From a virus (taxonomy: Duplodnaviria; Caudoviricetes), in the IMG/VR virus record IMGVR_UViG_3300011339_000401, positions 1 to 63,862 of that record: a stretch of DNA of 63,862 nucleotides; one strand, given 5' to 3'. Both the position numbers and the translations under genes were made by a program. The notes beneath the pieces are model-generated. The model was not told the origin of the DNA and searched no databases. It worked only from the letters and a program-made list of their open reading frames with translations. Of the stretch, positions 7,345-17,501 are shown in pieces; position 1 is the stretch's first letter, and each line of letters starts with the position of its first letter.

Positions 7345-9842
7345 TGGACATCGACAAGTCAATTAACCAAGCTCCGCTTGGCCTTTCCGAAGAAGATATG
7401 CTGGATCAAGAGCCTGCGCTTGAGATTGAGATCGAAGACCCAGAAGAAGTAACGCTTCGTTCTGGTGATACGGAGGTCGTTATTGACCCTGATGCTGAGG
7501 AAGAGGACGACGAGTTCTCTGAAAACCTTGCTGAAGATATGGATGAAGGCCAGCTTACCGAGCTTGCTGGTGATCTATTAGGTGAGTTTGAAGAAGACAT
7601 CTCCAGCCGTAAAGACTGGATGCAGACCTATGTAGATGGTCTTGAGTTGCTTGGTATGAAGGTTGAGGATCGGACCGAGCCTTGGCCCGGTGCCTGTGGT
7701 GTATATCACCCCCTCCTCTCGGAGGCGTTGGTTAAGTTCCAAGCTGAGACCATGATGGAGACGTTCCCAGCCCGTGGGCCTGTGCGGACGGAAATCATCG
7801 GTAAAGAGACGCCAGCGAAGAAAGAAGCTGCGCAGCGCGTCGAAGCGGACATGAATTACCAGTTGACCGATGTGATGATCGAATACCGGCCTGAACATGA
7901 GCGTATGCTGTGGGGGTTGGGCCTCTCAGGTAACTCGTTCAAGAAGGTGTATTTCGATCCATCACTCGGTCGTCAGGTATCTATGTACGTACCCGCCGAG
8001 GACGTCGTAGTGCCTTATGGCGCGTCTAGTTTGGAAGTCGCTGGGCGCGTCACCCATGTGATGCGGAAAACACCCAATGAGGTCAAGAAGTTGCAGGCCG
8101 CAGGGTTCTACCGTGATATCGAGCTTGAAGACCCTGTAGATAGCCTTGACGAAGTCGAGACAGCTATTGCGGAGCGCATGGGCTTCCGTGCATCGACAGA
8201 TGACCGGTACAAACTACTTGAGATGCAAGTCGAGCTTGAGCTTGAAGACGACAATTTCCGTGACGAGGAAGACGAAGGTATCGCTCTTCCGTACATTGTA
8301 ACCATTGAAAAGGGTACACAGACGATTCTGTCTATCCGCCGGAACTGGGACCCCGATGACAAGAAAAAGCTTAAGCGCCAGCATTTCGTACATTACCCAT
8401 ATGTTCCGGGTTTTGGGTTCTACGCTTTTGGGCTTATCCATCTCATTGGTGCTTTTGCTAAGTCTGGTACCAGTCTTATTCGTCAGCTTGTTGATGCTGG
8501 CACTCTATCTAACCTCCCGGGTGGTTTCAAAACTAAAGGCTTGCGCGTCAAGGGTGATGACACACCTATAGCACCTGCTGAATGGCGTGACGTAGACGTA
8601 GCCTCAGGGACAATGCGTGATAACATCATGCCGTTGCCCTACAAGGAACCAAGCCAAGTTCTCTACAGCCTCCTAGGGACCATCGTAGAAGAAGGCCGTC
8701 GCTTTGCAGGCGCTGCTGATATGAAGATCAGCGACATGTCTGGGCAGGCTCCTGTGGGCACCACACTGGCTATTCTTGAGCGCACGCTTAAGTCCATGTC
8801 TGCTATTCAGGCACGCGTCCATTACTCGATGAAGCAGGAGTTCCGGCTTCTTAAGGGGATCATCCGCGACTACACACCCAGTACTTATTCGTACGAGCCG
8901 ACAGAAGGTAGCCGCAAGGCGAAGCAGGCCGACTATGATATGGTCGCTGTTATCCCTGTATCTGACCCTAACGCTGCGACGATGGCACAGAAGATCGTGC
9001 AATATCAAGCAGTTCTACAGTTGGCCCAGACTGCTCCGCAGATTTACGACATGCCATATCTGCACCGTCAGATGCTTGACGTACTGGGTATTACGAATGC
9101 TGATAAGCTTGTCCCGCTTAAGGACGGCGATGACATGAAGCCACGCGATCCAATCAGTGAGAACATGGACGTCATCAACGGTAAGCCAGTCAAGGCATTC
9201 ATCTACCAAGACCACGAAGCCCATATTGCTGTGCATATGGGGATGATGCAAGACCCGCAGGTAGCTGAGATGATTGGCCAGAACCCACAAGGCCAGACCG
9301 TCATGGCTGCTATGCAGGCCCACATGCAAGAGCATCTAGCGTTCTCCTATCGCAAACAGATCGAAGAACAGGCTGGTGTGGCTCTGCCACCGCCAGATGC
9401 TGAAATGAGCGAAGACATCGAGCTTCAGGTTTCACGCCTTGCAGCATCCGCTGCACAGCAGCTTTCACAGAAGAAGCAGGCTGAAGCACAACAACAGCAG
9501 AACCAAGAAGCTGCTCAGGACCCGCTCGTCCAGATGCAAATGCAAGAGCTTCAGATCAAACAAGGCGAACTCGACCTCAAGAAGCAGAAGCTGATGATTG
9601 ATGCTGCTGAAAAGAACGACCGCCTTGAACTCGAACTCGAACGAATCGAAGCACAAAAAGAAATCGCTGGCCTACAGGTCGGTGCAAAACTTGCGACGTC
9701 TAGGGGTGACTTGGACGCCAAACAAGAGGCTGAGGGTCTACGCATTGGCATGGAAATTGTCCGTGACCAGATGAATATGACTCAGCAACAAAAGGAAGCC
9801 ACCCCGGCTTCTCCTACAACAGAAGAGGTAACAAATGAGTGA
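7344..9842 (+). CDS. Portal protein (P22-like, with Gln-rich coiled-coil C-terminus)
   Basis: Directly follows TerL; 832 aa; C-terminal helical barrel-like region. Confidence 0.9.
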   Translation: MDIDKSINQAPLGLSEEDMLDQEPALEIEIEDPEEVTLRSGDTEVVIDPDAEEEDDEFSENLAEDMDEGQLTELAGDLLGEFEEDISSRKDWMQTYVDGLELLGMKVEDRTEPWPGACGVYHPLLSEALVKFQAETMMETFPARGPVRTEIIGKETPAKKEAAQRVEADMNYQLTDVMIEYRPEHERMLWGLGLSGNSFKKVYFDPSLGRQVSMYVPAEDVVVPYGASSLEVAGRVTHVMRKTPNEVKKLQAAGFYRDIELEDPVDSLDEVETAIAERMGFRASTDDRYKLLEMQVELELEDDNFRDEEDEGIALPYIVTIEKGTQTILSIRRNWDPDDKKKLKRQHFVHYPYVPGFGFYAFGLIHLIGAFAKSGTSLIRQLVDAGTLSNLPGGFKTKGLRVKGDDTPIAPAEWRDVDVASGTMRDNIMPLPYKEPSQVLYSLLGTIVEEGRRFAGAADMKISDMSGQAPVGTTLAILERTLKSMSAIQARVHYSMKQEFRLLKGIIRDYTPSTYSYEPTEGSRKAKQADYDMVAVIPVSDPNAATMAQKIVQYQAVLQLAQTAPQIYDMPYLHRQMLDVLGITNADKLVPLKDGDDMKPRDPISENMDVINGKPVKAFIYQDHEAHIAVHMGMMQDPQVAEMIGQNPQGQTVMAAMQAHMQEHLAFSYRKQIEEQAGVALPPPDAEMSEDIELQVSRLAASAAQQLSQKKQAEAQQQQNQEAAQDPLVQMQMQELQIKQGELDLKKQKLMIDAAEKNDRLELELERIEAQKEIAGLQVGAKLATSRGDLDAKQEAEGLRIGMEIVRDQMNMTQQQKEATPASPTTEEVTNE

Positions 9843-10026
9843 TCTACTCAAGCATCTGTCAAAAAAGATGCAAGAAGAGTTGAGAATTATCGAATCAGAC
9901 ATGGCAATGGGTAATGCGGAAGACTTTGGCGCTTATAAGTATGCTTGCGGTATTTACCGTGGGCTACTGATTGCCAACAATATCCTCATGGAAACTGCCG
10001 AGCGTCTGGAGGCTGACGATGAATAG
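9835..10026 (+). CDS. Small helical protein between portal and GroES
   Basis: 63 aa, GAGG RBS, YKYACGIYRGL. Confidence 0.8.
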   Translation: MSDLLKHLSKKMQEELRIIESDMAMGNAEDFGAYKYACGIYRGLLIANNILMETAERLEADDE

Positions 10027-10453
10027 TCTTATCGGAGGCGTAGCCCCTACGCTCGTCGATGTTGGTGGACGTCCAATCCCCAAGGTCGGTGCAGCATCCG
10101 AACTCGCTATTGAGGATCGGCCTAAACAACTTCCTGATCCCGCTGGGTATCGCATTTTATGTGCGCTCCCAGACGTCGAGAAGACCACTGAAGGCGGTAT
10201 TATCAAGGCGGACATCACCCTTCAGCACGAAGAACTGCTGACGGTTACGCTGTTCGTCATGAAGCTTGGTCCAGACTGTTACAAGGATAAGAAGCGGTTC
10301 CCAAGTGGCCCGTGGTGCAAAGAAGGCGATTTTGTCCTTGTACGCCCACATGCCGGTACCCGCGTCAAAATCCATGGACGAGAATTCCGTTTAATTAACG
10401 ATGATGCAATCGAGGGTACAGTTGAAGACCCTAGAGGCATTAAGCGCGCATAA
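10019..10453 (+). CDS. groES: GroES-like co-chaperonin
   Basis: PAGYRIL...TTEGGII...KEGDFVL...GTRVKIHGREFRLINDDAI. Confidence 0.9.
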   Translation: MNSLIGGVAPTLVDVGGRPIPKVGAASELAIEDRPKQLPDPAGYRILCALPDVEKTTEGGIIKADITLQHEELLTVTLFVMKLGPDCYKDKKRFPSGPWCKEGDFVLVRPHAGTRVKIHGREFRLINDDAIEGTVEDPRGIKRA

Positions 10454-10468
10454 GCCTAGGAGGCACAA

Positions 10469-11398
10469 ATGAACGAAGAAAATGATGATTTCTCATATGA
10501 AATCGAAGATGAGGCCGTATCTACGGCACCCGATATTGAGGTAGAAGACGATACCCCTGAGGCCGACCGAGGCCGTGAGCCGATGCCGAAGGAGATCGTT
10601 GACGAACTCGAAGCCGACGAACTCGAAGAGTATTCTGAAAAGGTCAAGCTTCGTCTGAAACAGATGAAGAAGGTCTGGCATGATGAGCGCCGAGAAAAGG
10701 AGCGCTATCAGCGTGAACAGACTGAGGCTCTTACTGCTGCACAACGCTATCGCCAAGAAGCTGAACAGCTTCGCCAAACACTTGCTCAAGGGCAGGAGTC
10801 ACTGGTTGGTAGTGTTAAGCAAAACGTAGAGTTTGAACTCTCTGAGGCTCGTAGAGCTTACCGCGATGCTTATGAAGCAGGAGATACAGATAAAGTACTC
10901 GATGCCCAAGAGAGGCTAACTACTGCTCAATATAAGCTCGAACAACTTGCTAATTATAAACCTACTTTACAAGCTCAGGAAACTGAAGTACAAATTGATC
11001 CGGAAGCGGTCCAAATCCCGCGCCCAGATCAGAAAACGATGGCGTGGCAAGAGCGCAATCAATGGTACGGTCTGGATGAGGAAATGACCGCCTCGGCTCT
11101 TGGGCTTCACCAGAAGCTCGAAAAACAGTACGGTAATAGATATATCGGTACTGACGAATATTGGGGTGCTATCGACACAACGATGCGCCGTCGTTTTCCT
11201 GAGTATTTCGGGGATTCTGAACCAGCTAGCAGTGACACAAGACCTGCTGCACGTACAAACAAATCAGCCGTTGTCGCCTCTGCGTCACGAAGTACATCCT
11301 CCAAAAAGATCGTACTAAGACAGTCCCAGCTAGCAATCGCTAAAAAGTTGGGTTTAACCGCCGAGCAATATGCTCGTGAAGTTGCAAAGGAGAAATAA
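10469..11398 (+). CDS. Head scaffolding protein (putative)
   Basis: Acidic N-terminus, coiled coil, C-terminal IAKKLGLTAEQYA; upstream of the capsid gene; AGGAGG RBS. Confidence 0.75.
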   Translation: MNEENDDFSYEIEDEAVSTAPDIEVEDDTPEADRGREPMPKEIVDELEADELEEYSEKVKLRLKQMKKVWHDERREKERYQREQTEALTAAQRYRQEAEQLRQTLAQGQESLVGSVKQNVEFELSEARRAYRDAYEAGDTDKVLDAQERLTTAQYKLEQLANYKPTLQAQETEVQIDPEAVQIPRPDQKTMAWQERNQWYGLDEEMTASALGLHQKLEKQYGNRYIGTDEYWGAIDTTMRRRFPEYFGDSEPASSDTRPAARTNKSAVVASASRSTSSKKIVLRQSQLAIAKKLGLTAEQYAREVAKEK

Positions 11399-11399
11399 G

Positions 11400-11849
11400 A
11401 TGGCTGAGAATCGTATTATGCGTGAAGTAGACACTCGTGCACAGGCCGAACGGCCTAAGGCTTGGCAACCAGCTTCAACGCTGCCTGAGCCTGATAAGTT
11501 AGACGGATACAACTACCGCTGGGTACGCGTATCGACACTGGGGCAGAGTGATGCTCGTAATGCTTCATCGGCTTTCCGTGAAGGCTGGGAACCAGTTCGT
11601 ATTGAGGAACAACCTAAGTTCCAAAATCTAACTGATCCAGATAGCCGATATAAGGACAACATCGAAGTCGCAGGTTTGTTGCTTTGCAAGGTTCCTACTG
11701 AGTTTATGGATCAACGTCGTGCTCACTTTGAGCAGATGACCCAATCTCAGAACGAATCAGTGGATAGCAACTTCATGCGAGAGAATGACCCGAGGATGCC
11801 GCTCTTTTCGGAGCGTAAATCCAAAACGTCATTTGGTTCAGGCAAATAA
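11400..11849 (+). CDS. Conserved head-module protein
   Basis: YRWVR...EGWEPV motif; AAGGAG RBS. Confidence 0.8.
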   Translation: MAENRIMREVDTRAQAERPKAWQPASTLPEPDKLDGYNYRWVRVSTLGQSDARNASSAFREGWEPVRIEEQPKFQNLTDPDSRYKDNIEVAGLLLCKVPTEFMDQRRAHFEQMTQSQNESVDSNFMRENDPRMPLFSERKSKTSFGSGK

Positions 11850-11864
11850 TCTTAGGAGTTTCTA

Positions 11865-12485
11865 ATGCCATATCCTACTGTTTCTGGGGCTTACGGCCTC
11901 ATTCCGATCAATCTGATCGGCGGGCAGGTTTTTGCTAGCGCTACTCGTCAGATTCCAATTGGTTCCGGTTCCGCAACGTCTATCTTCTTTGGTGACGTCG
12001 TTAAGCTGCTTTCCACTGGTCTTCTCGACAAGGACGTTGGTACGACCACTGCTACGCCGGTTGGTGTTTTCCTTGGTTGCTCGTACACCGATCCAACCTA
12101 TGGTAAGACGTTCCGTCAGGCTTACACAGCTAACACTGTCGCTTCAGACATCGTTGGCTACGTGCAGGACGATCCCGATGCGTTGTTCAAGTGCGCTGTT
12201 ATGGTTGGTCAGACGACCGCTGTTGGCACTGTAACTCGTGCAAACGTCGGTGAAAATGCTGTCCTGTCGCAGGGCACTGGTAATTCCACCACTGGTAACT
12301 CCGGTGTTGGTATCAGCGCAACCACGGCAACGACTAACACGTTCCCAATCCGCATTATTGATGTCATCGCTGAAACTTCGCCTGCTGGCTTCCCAGCTTC
12401 CTTCACGGAAGTTGTCGTCAAGTGGAACGAACCGACAACCGGTGCCGTTGGTGGCCACCAGTATCGCCAAGCAACTGGTATCTAA
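11865..12485 (+). CDS. Capsid decoration/cement protein (putative)
   Basis: Directly upstream of the major capsid gene; GVFLGC...DDPDALF. Confidence 0.65.
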   Translation: MPYPTVSGAYGLIPINLIGGQVFASATRQIPIGSGSATSIFFGDVVKLLSTGLLDKDVGTTTATPVGVFLGCSYTDPTYGKTFRQAYTANTVASDIVGYVQDDPDALFKCAVMVGQTTAVGTVTRANVGENAVLSQGTGNSTTGNSGVGISATTATTNTFPIRIIDVIAETSPAGFPASFTEVVVKWNEPTTGAVGGHQYRQATGI

Positions 12486-12499
12486 GAGGAGATTAAGAC

Positions 12500-13411
12500 A
12501 TGGCAATTTCACGCGCACAACTCCTCAAAGAACTCCTCCCGGGCCTGAACGCTTTGTTCGGTTTGGAATATGCACGCTACGGCGAAGAGCATAAGGAAAT
12601 CTTTGACACGGAAACGTCAGAGCGTTCGTTCGAAGAAGAAACCAAGCTGTCGGGCTTCTCCGCTGCTCCGGTTAAGAACGAAGGTTCGGCTATCGCATAC
12701 GACAACGGTCAGGAAGTCTTCACTGCTCGCTACTCCCATGAAACGATTGCCCTCGGGTTCTCGCTGACTGAAGAAGCGATTGAAGATAACTTGTATGACA
12801 GCCTCTCGGCTCGTTATACTAAGGCCCTTGCTCGTGCGATGGCTTACACCAAGCAGACCAAGGCCGCTTCGGTCCTTAACAACGGTTTCAGCACCAGCTA
12901 CCTCGGTGGCGACGGCAAGCCTTTGTTCTCGACTACGCACCCACAGGTTTCTGGTGGTGTTAACTCGAACACGCCTTCAACACAAACCGACCTTAACGAA
13001 ACGTCGCTTGAAGCCGCAGTCATTCAGATTGCTGCTTGGAGTGATGAGCGTGGTCTGTTGATCGCTGCTAAGCCACGTAAGCTGGTCGTTCCACCAAACT
13101 TGATGTTTGTTGCTACTCGTTTGCTCGAAACCGAACTTCGCGTCGGTACGGCAGATAACGATATCAACGCCATCAAGAACAACGGTTCGATCCCAGAAGG
13201 CTACACCGTAAACCACTTCTTGACCGACACGAACGCATGGTTCTTGACCACTGATGTTCCAAACGGCTTGAAGCACTTTGTTCGTACTCCAATGAGCACG
13301 GGCATGGACGGTGACTTCGATACTGGCAACGTGCGTTACAAGGCCCGCGAGCGTTATTCGTTCGGCTGGTCTGACCCGCTCGGTATGTTCGGTTCGTCCG
13401 GTTCTACATAA
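12500..13411 (+). CDS. Major capsid protein (Mu gpT-like, HK97 fold)
   Basis: DGKPLFSTTHP, KLVVPPNL, WFL, RERYSFGWSD motifs; strong RBS; terminator downstream. Confidence 0.92.
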   Translation: MAISRAQLLKELLPGLNALFGLEYARYGEEHKEIFDTETSERSFEEETKLSGFSAAPVKNEGSAIAYDNGQEVFTARYSHETIALGFSLTEEAIEDNLYDSLSARYTKALARAMAYTKQTKAASVLNNGFSTSYLGGDGKPLFSTTHPQVSGGVNSNTPSTQTDLNETSLEAAVIQIAAWSDERGLLIAAKPRKLVVPPNLMFVATRLLETELRVGTADNDINAIKNNGSIPEGYTVNHFLTDTNAWFLTTDVPNGLKHFVRTPMSTGMDGDFDTGNVRYKARERYSFGWSDPLGMFGSSGST

Positions 13412-13420
13412 GAACTTTAA

Positions 13421-13450
13421 GAGGGGAGGAGGGAAACCTCTTCCCCTTTT
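13421..13450 (+). terminator. Rho-independent terminator after the capsid gene
   Basis: AGGGGAGGAGG-GAAA-CCTCTTCCCCT followed by TTT. Confidence 0.85.
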
Positions 13451-13474
13451 CATTTATCTGGTGTATGCGTACAC

Positions 13475-13546
13475 CTACTAGGTTTTTATCCTGCATCAAC
13501 TGTCCTAGCAGACGTAGTAGCGATGGTGTGGGAATGTGCTACTACA
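13475..13546 (+). ncRNA. Pseudoknotted RNA, probable Mu-gpT-DE motif
   Basis: Immediately downstream of a Mu-gpT-like gene; stem 13489-13498/13524-13533; pseudoknot pairings 13478-13482/13504-13508 and 13514-13521/13538-13545. Confidence 0.65.
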
Positions 13547-13559
13547 CGGAGATATTATT

Positions 13560-14096
13560 ATGGCACTTACTACTTTTCAGGGTCCCGTTCGTTCATTAGG
13601 CGGTTTCATTTCGCAGGGTCCAAACGCAGTTGCGACCATTTCGACCACGCCGGTTACGCTTGACGTAAACAATTACGCTGGTCGCGTAATCAACATCACT
13701 GCGGCAACGACTACGATCACTCTGCCGGTTATTAACGCGACGGCTAACCCAGCTTCGTCTGGTCCGGGCAATGACCCTAACAACCCTAACAACCTCGGTA
13801 CGAGCTACACGTTCTTCTTCGGCGTCACTGCGACTGCTGTAAAGATTGTGTGCGGTGGCACGGGTACTCCGGGTGACCTGCTCTTCGGTACGGTTGACCT
13901 TGCTGTCGCTAACGGCACATCAAGCCTGTTCACACCGAACGGTACCACGAACGATGTCATGGACTTCAATGGTACAACACGGGGTGGTGTCCTTGGCTCG
14001 TACGTCACCGTCACTGCGGTTGCCGCTAATCGCTGGCTGGTTGTTGGTCAGGTCATCGGTTCGAGCACGCTTGCTACACCGTTTGCCGACGCGTAA
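13560..14096 (+). CDS. Virion structural protein (beta-rich, possible head fibre or decoration)
   Basis: MALTTFQGPVRS start after GGAG; Thr/Gly/Val-rich. Confidence 0.8.
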   Translation: MALTTFQGPVRSLGGFISQGPNAVATISTTPVTLDVNNYAGRVINITAATTTITLPVINATANPASSGPGNDPNNPNNLGTSYTFFFGVTATAVKIVCGGTGTPGDLLFGTVDLAVANGTSSLFTPNGTTNDVMDFNGTTRGGVLGSYVTVTAVAANRWLVVGQVIGSSTLATPFADA

Positions 14097-14130
14097 TAGG
14101 GGCTTCTCTATACCGAACGACAGGTGAACT

Positions 14131-14865
14131 ATGCAAAATGAAAAAAGTTACGATCTAGCAGGTAAAAGCGTATTTATTGCGCTGCCTGCCTATGACTTCA
14201 AGGTCTCTTTGAAGTTGGCTATATCGCTAGCTAAATTTGCCCAAGCCGCTCCAAAGCACGGGATTGACATTCAGATTGGCTCGATTTGTGGCTGCTCTGT
14301 TGTCTCCCGTGCTCGTAATTTGCTCGCAAAAGAGATGCTGGAATCCCAGTGCGACTACTTGCTCTTCATTGATGCTGATATCAATTTTGAGCCGGAACAT
14401 ATCATTCGCCTTATGGCATGGGGTAGTGATCCGAAGAAGGGTATCGTAGCCGGGGTTCCACGCACTCGCAGCACAACAAAAACGTACATTGCCACGCTAG
14501 ACGAGGAGGACGGCCAGCTTACTATGGATAGCATGGGCCTAGTCCGTGCAAAACGTGTAGCTACTGCATTCATGCTAGTCCGTCGTGAAGTGTTCACACA
14601 AATGACTGAAGCTCACCCAGAGTGGGTATATATGGACCAACGCGTTGATGGCATGGTCCCATGCTTGTTTGACTTCATGCTAACCGACGAAGGCTATATC
14701 GGAGAAGATTACCTCTTCTGTGACCGCGCCCGTGAACTTGGTTTTGAAGTTTGGATCGACCCCACAATTAAGCTCGGACACATGGGCGTGCAGGAATATG
14801 AAGGCCATTTCGGCCCCGACGCTCTATACCCGATGCTCGTTCAGGATAAAAAGGAAGCCGCATAA
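14131..14865 (+). CDS. GT-A fold glycosyltransferase-like protein (late copy)
   Basis: SRARN, LFIDADI (DxD), GEDYLFC, GHMG. Confidence 0.8.
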   Translation: MQNEKSYDLAGKSVFIALPAYDFKVSLKLAISLAKFAQAAPKHGIDIQIGSICGCSVVSRARNLLAKEMLESQCDYLLFIDADINFEPEHIIRLMAWGSDPKKGIVAGVPRTRSTTKTYIATLDEEDGQLTMDSMGLVRAKRVATAFMLVRREVFTQMTEAHPEWVYMDQRVDGMVPCLFDFMLTDEGYIGEDYLFCDRARELGFEVWIDPTIKLGHMGVQEYEGHFGPDALYPMLVQDKKEAA

Positions 14866-17501
14866 TGACTGGTTTTACCGCTGTTGATGGAAATACTAAC
14901 AAGTCGATACCTATTGGCGGTACGGCTGCTTCGGGTTTTGGTGGTAGCAGCGGGGCTATCTATACGGTCCCTGCTCCTATTTCACAGGACCCTGTCGGCA
15001 AGATGCGTGTTTCGCAGCCACAGGCGCTGATTGATACCGACTTCGAGTACGGTACTCAGCCAACCAAGTGGGAATCCGTCGGGCTTCAGAACAACCGTCA
15101 GAGCGTCTATTATATCCCGCAGTCGCCGTTGACGATTACGACGATTACTGGTTCCGGTCGGACGATGACGATTTCTGGTACGTTTACAGTAGCTGCTAAC
15201 ACACCCATTTACATCCAGAACGCTGGTGACCCCAACGCCAATGGTTGGTGGTGGACTGTTTCTGGCGGCACAAACAGCATGACAGTTACGACTAATGCCG
15301 CTGTTAGCGCTACTAACGTGTTCAACCCAGCCCTGACTTATGGGTATATCGGCTACTTCTACAGCGGGGCGGGTATCCTACTCGGCTCAACTAGCGCATT
15401 CACCAATTCAGGCACGACCATAACGTGCACCACGGCTTCGGCTCACGGCCTTGCTGCTGGTTCGTTGATCTATGTGCGCAGTACGACTTCCAGTTCTGGT
15501 GGTATCATAAACGGCGCGTGGACTGTAACTTCAACCCCAACCAATAACACCTTCACCTTTGAGGTTGATACGGCCCCCACAGGTTCGCTGACTAACACTG
15601 CAAACAACCTTACGCTTTATTCCCGCCCCGCTGGGTATGTAGAGCCTCGTTCGGTTGACGGTGGCGTGGCGTTCTCTGCTGGTTCAACCGCTCCAAACGC
15701 ACAACTTATCCGCCAGACGCGCCGGTATTTCCGCTACCAGTCAGGTAAGGGTATTCAGTTCTCAACCGGTAGCTCACTGAAACCTACTTTGTTTGTTACT
15801 AGCGTGACCTCTTCTGGTACGACTGTAACTGTTAACACACGCTACGCCCACAACATCGCGGCGGGTGCGACAATTATCGTAGCTGGCTGCGACCAGTTTC
15901 AGTACAACGGTAACTTTACGGTTGCTTCAGCACCTACGGCAAACTCACTTACATACGTGGCTAACTCCGCCCCTACCGTGTCTCCTGCCACTGGCTTCCC
16001 AATCCGAGTTAGCCCGAATACTTGGTACGGCTCGTCCACCCGCCTTGGTTTCTTCGACACACAGAACGGCCTGTTTTTTGAGTATGACGGCCAGCAGCTA
16101 TTTGCTGTGTGGCGTCAAAGTGTTATCCAACTCAGCGGCACTTCTACGATTACCAATGGCTCAGCTACGGTTAACGGTACTGGCACGGCGTTTAGCAGTG
16201 AACTGAAGCCCGGTGACTTTATCGTCATTCGTGGCCAGTCGTACCGCGTTACTAACATTACCAGCGATACAGCTATGCTTATCACACCCGAATATCGCGG
16301 TACCACGATCAGTGCTGCTGGTTCAGGTGTCCTCATTTCCAAGACGGTTGATACTCGCGTACCGCAGTCGCAGTGGACCGACAAACTCGACGGCACGGGT
16401 CCTTCTGGATACACGCTTGACCTCACTCGTATGCAGATGTTCTACATCGACTACTCATGGTACGGTGCTGGCTTCATCCGCTGGGGTCTACGCACGGGTA
16501 AGGGTCAGGTGACCTATGTATACCAGCAGACCAATAACAACGTGCAGTACGAAGCGTACATGCGCTCGGGCAACATGTGCTCGCGCTACGAGTCTAGCGG
16601 TATTTCACCATACACAAACCTTACTGCCAGCCTTGGCACAGGTGGTGCGGGTACGGTAATCAACGTGGCAAGCACAGCGGGCTTCGCTCCAACTGGAACA
16701 GTCCGAATTTCTGCGGCAGCAGCCGCAGGTGCAGTTGAGGTAATTTCATACACTCTTACAAGCGCTACCACTCTTACAGTTGTGGCTCGTGCCCAGACGG
16801 GTGGTGCAGTTACGGCTCAGTCGTTCACTTACTCAGCAACGGCTCCGGTCCAAGTTGAGCTTGCTTCGCCTGATACAAATGCTTCGCTATCCCACTGGGG
16901 TTCGTCGGTTATCATGGATGGCCAGTTCAACGACGATAAATCGTTGGTGTTCAACTACGGCTCGACTACCCCTATGACGGTCACAAATGGTACTACGGTT
17001 CCGATCCTTGCTCTCCGCATCGCTCCTTCGGTCGATAACGGTACCATAGGTCTTCTGGGTGCCAAGGAAATCATTAACCGTATGCAGCTTGTGCTTTCGG
17101 ATTTGGCCGTAGTTTCGTCGGGCGCGTTGCTCGTCAACCTAGTCCTTAATGGCTTCTGCACAAGCTTTTCTGGTTCGTTCGTCGCGCCAATCCAAAGCGC
17201 TAGTGGTATTACGTCTTCGCTGGCTCAGGTTGCGGTTAATACAACTGCTGGAGCTACAATCACAGGGGGCGAGTCAGTTACGGCTCTATACGCCAGCGGC
17301 GTTACCACACTTGACCTTGCTAACGTGCGTGATCTCGGTAACTCGATCCTTGGTGGCGGCACTTCAAACGCGGTCCCAACCGGAATAGCTGGCTTCTACC
17401 CTGATGGCCCAGACATTCTGTATGTAGTTGTTACAAACAACACAGGCGGTTCCGTCACTCTCAGCGGCGTCCGTCTGAACTGGAAGGAGGCCCAAGCGTA
17501 A
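14865..17501 (+). CDS. Large Thr/Ser/Gly-rich virion protein with repeated beta modules
   Basis: 878 aa; repeated ...HG(L/I)AAG..I.V...NG..TV...PT.N..T modules; WYGAG motif; TAATG-coupled to the glycosyltransferase. Confidence 0.8.
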   Translation: MTGFTAVDGNTNKSIPIGGTAASGFGGSSGAIYTVPAPISQDPVGKMRVSQPQALIDTDFEYGTQPTKWESVGLQNNRQSVYYIPQSPLTITTITGSGRTMTISGTFTVAANTPIYIQNAGDPNANGWWWTVSGGTNSMTVTTNAAVSATNVFNPALTYGYIGYFYSGAGILLGSTSAFTNSGTTITCTTASAHGLAAGSLIYVRSTTSSSGGIINGAWTVTSTPTNNTFTFEVDTAPTGSLTNTANNLTLYSRPAGYVEPRSVDGGVAFSAGSTAPNAQLIRQTRRYFRYQSGKGIQFSTGSSLKPTLFVTSVTSSGTTVTVNTRYAHNIAAGATIIVAGCDQFQYNGNFTVASAPTANSLTYVANSAPTVSPATGFPIRVSPNTWYGSSTRLGFFDTQNGLFFEYDGQQLFAVWRQSVIQLSGTSTITNGSATVNGTGTAFSSELKPGDFIVIRGQSYRVTNITSDTAMLITPEYRGTTISAAGSGVLISKTVDTRVPQSQWTDKLDGTGPSGYTLDLTRMQMFYIDYSWYGAGFIRWGLRTGKGQVTYVYQQTNNNVQYEAYMRSGNMCSRYESSGISPYTNLTASLGTGGAGTVINVASTAGFAPTGTVRISAAAAAGAVEVISYTLTSATTLTVVARAQTGGAVTAQSFTYSATAPVQVELASPDTNASLSHWGSSVIMDGQFNDDKSLVFNYGSTTPMTVTNGTTVPILALRIAPSVDNGTIGLLGAKEIINRMQLVLSDLAVVSSGALLVNLVLNGFCTSFSGSFVAPIQSASGITSSLAQVAVNTTAGATITGGESVTALYASGVTTLDLANVRDLGNSILGGGTSNAVPTGIAGFYPDGPDILYVVVTNNTGGSVTLSGVRLNWKEAQA

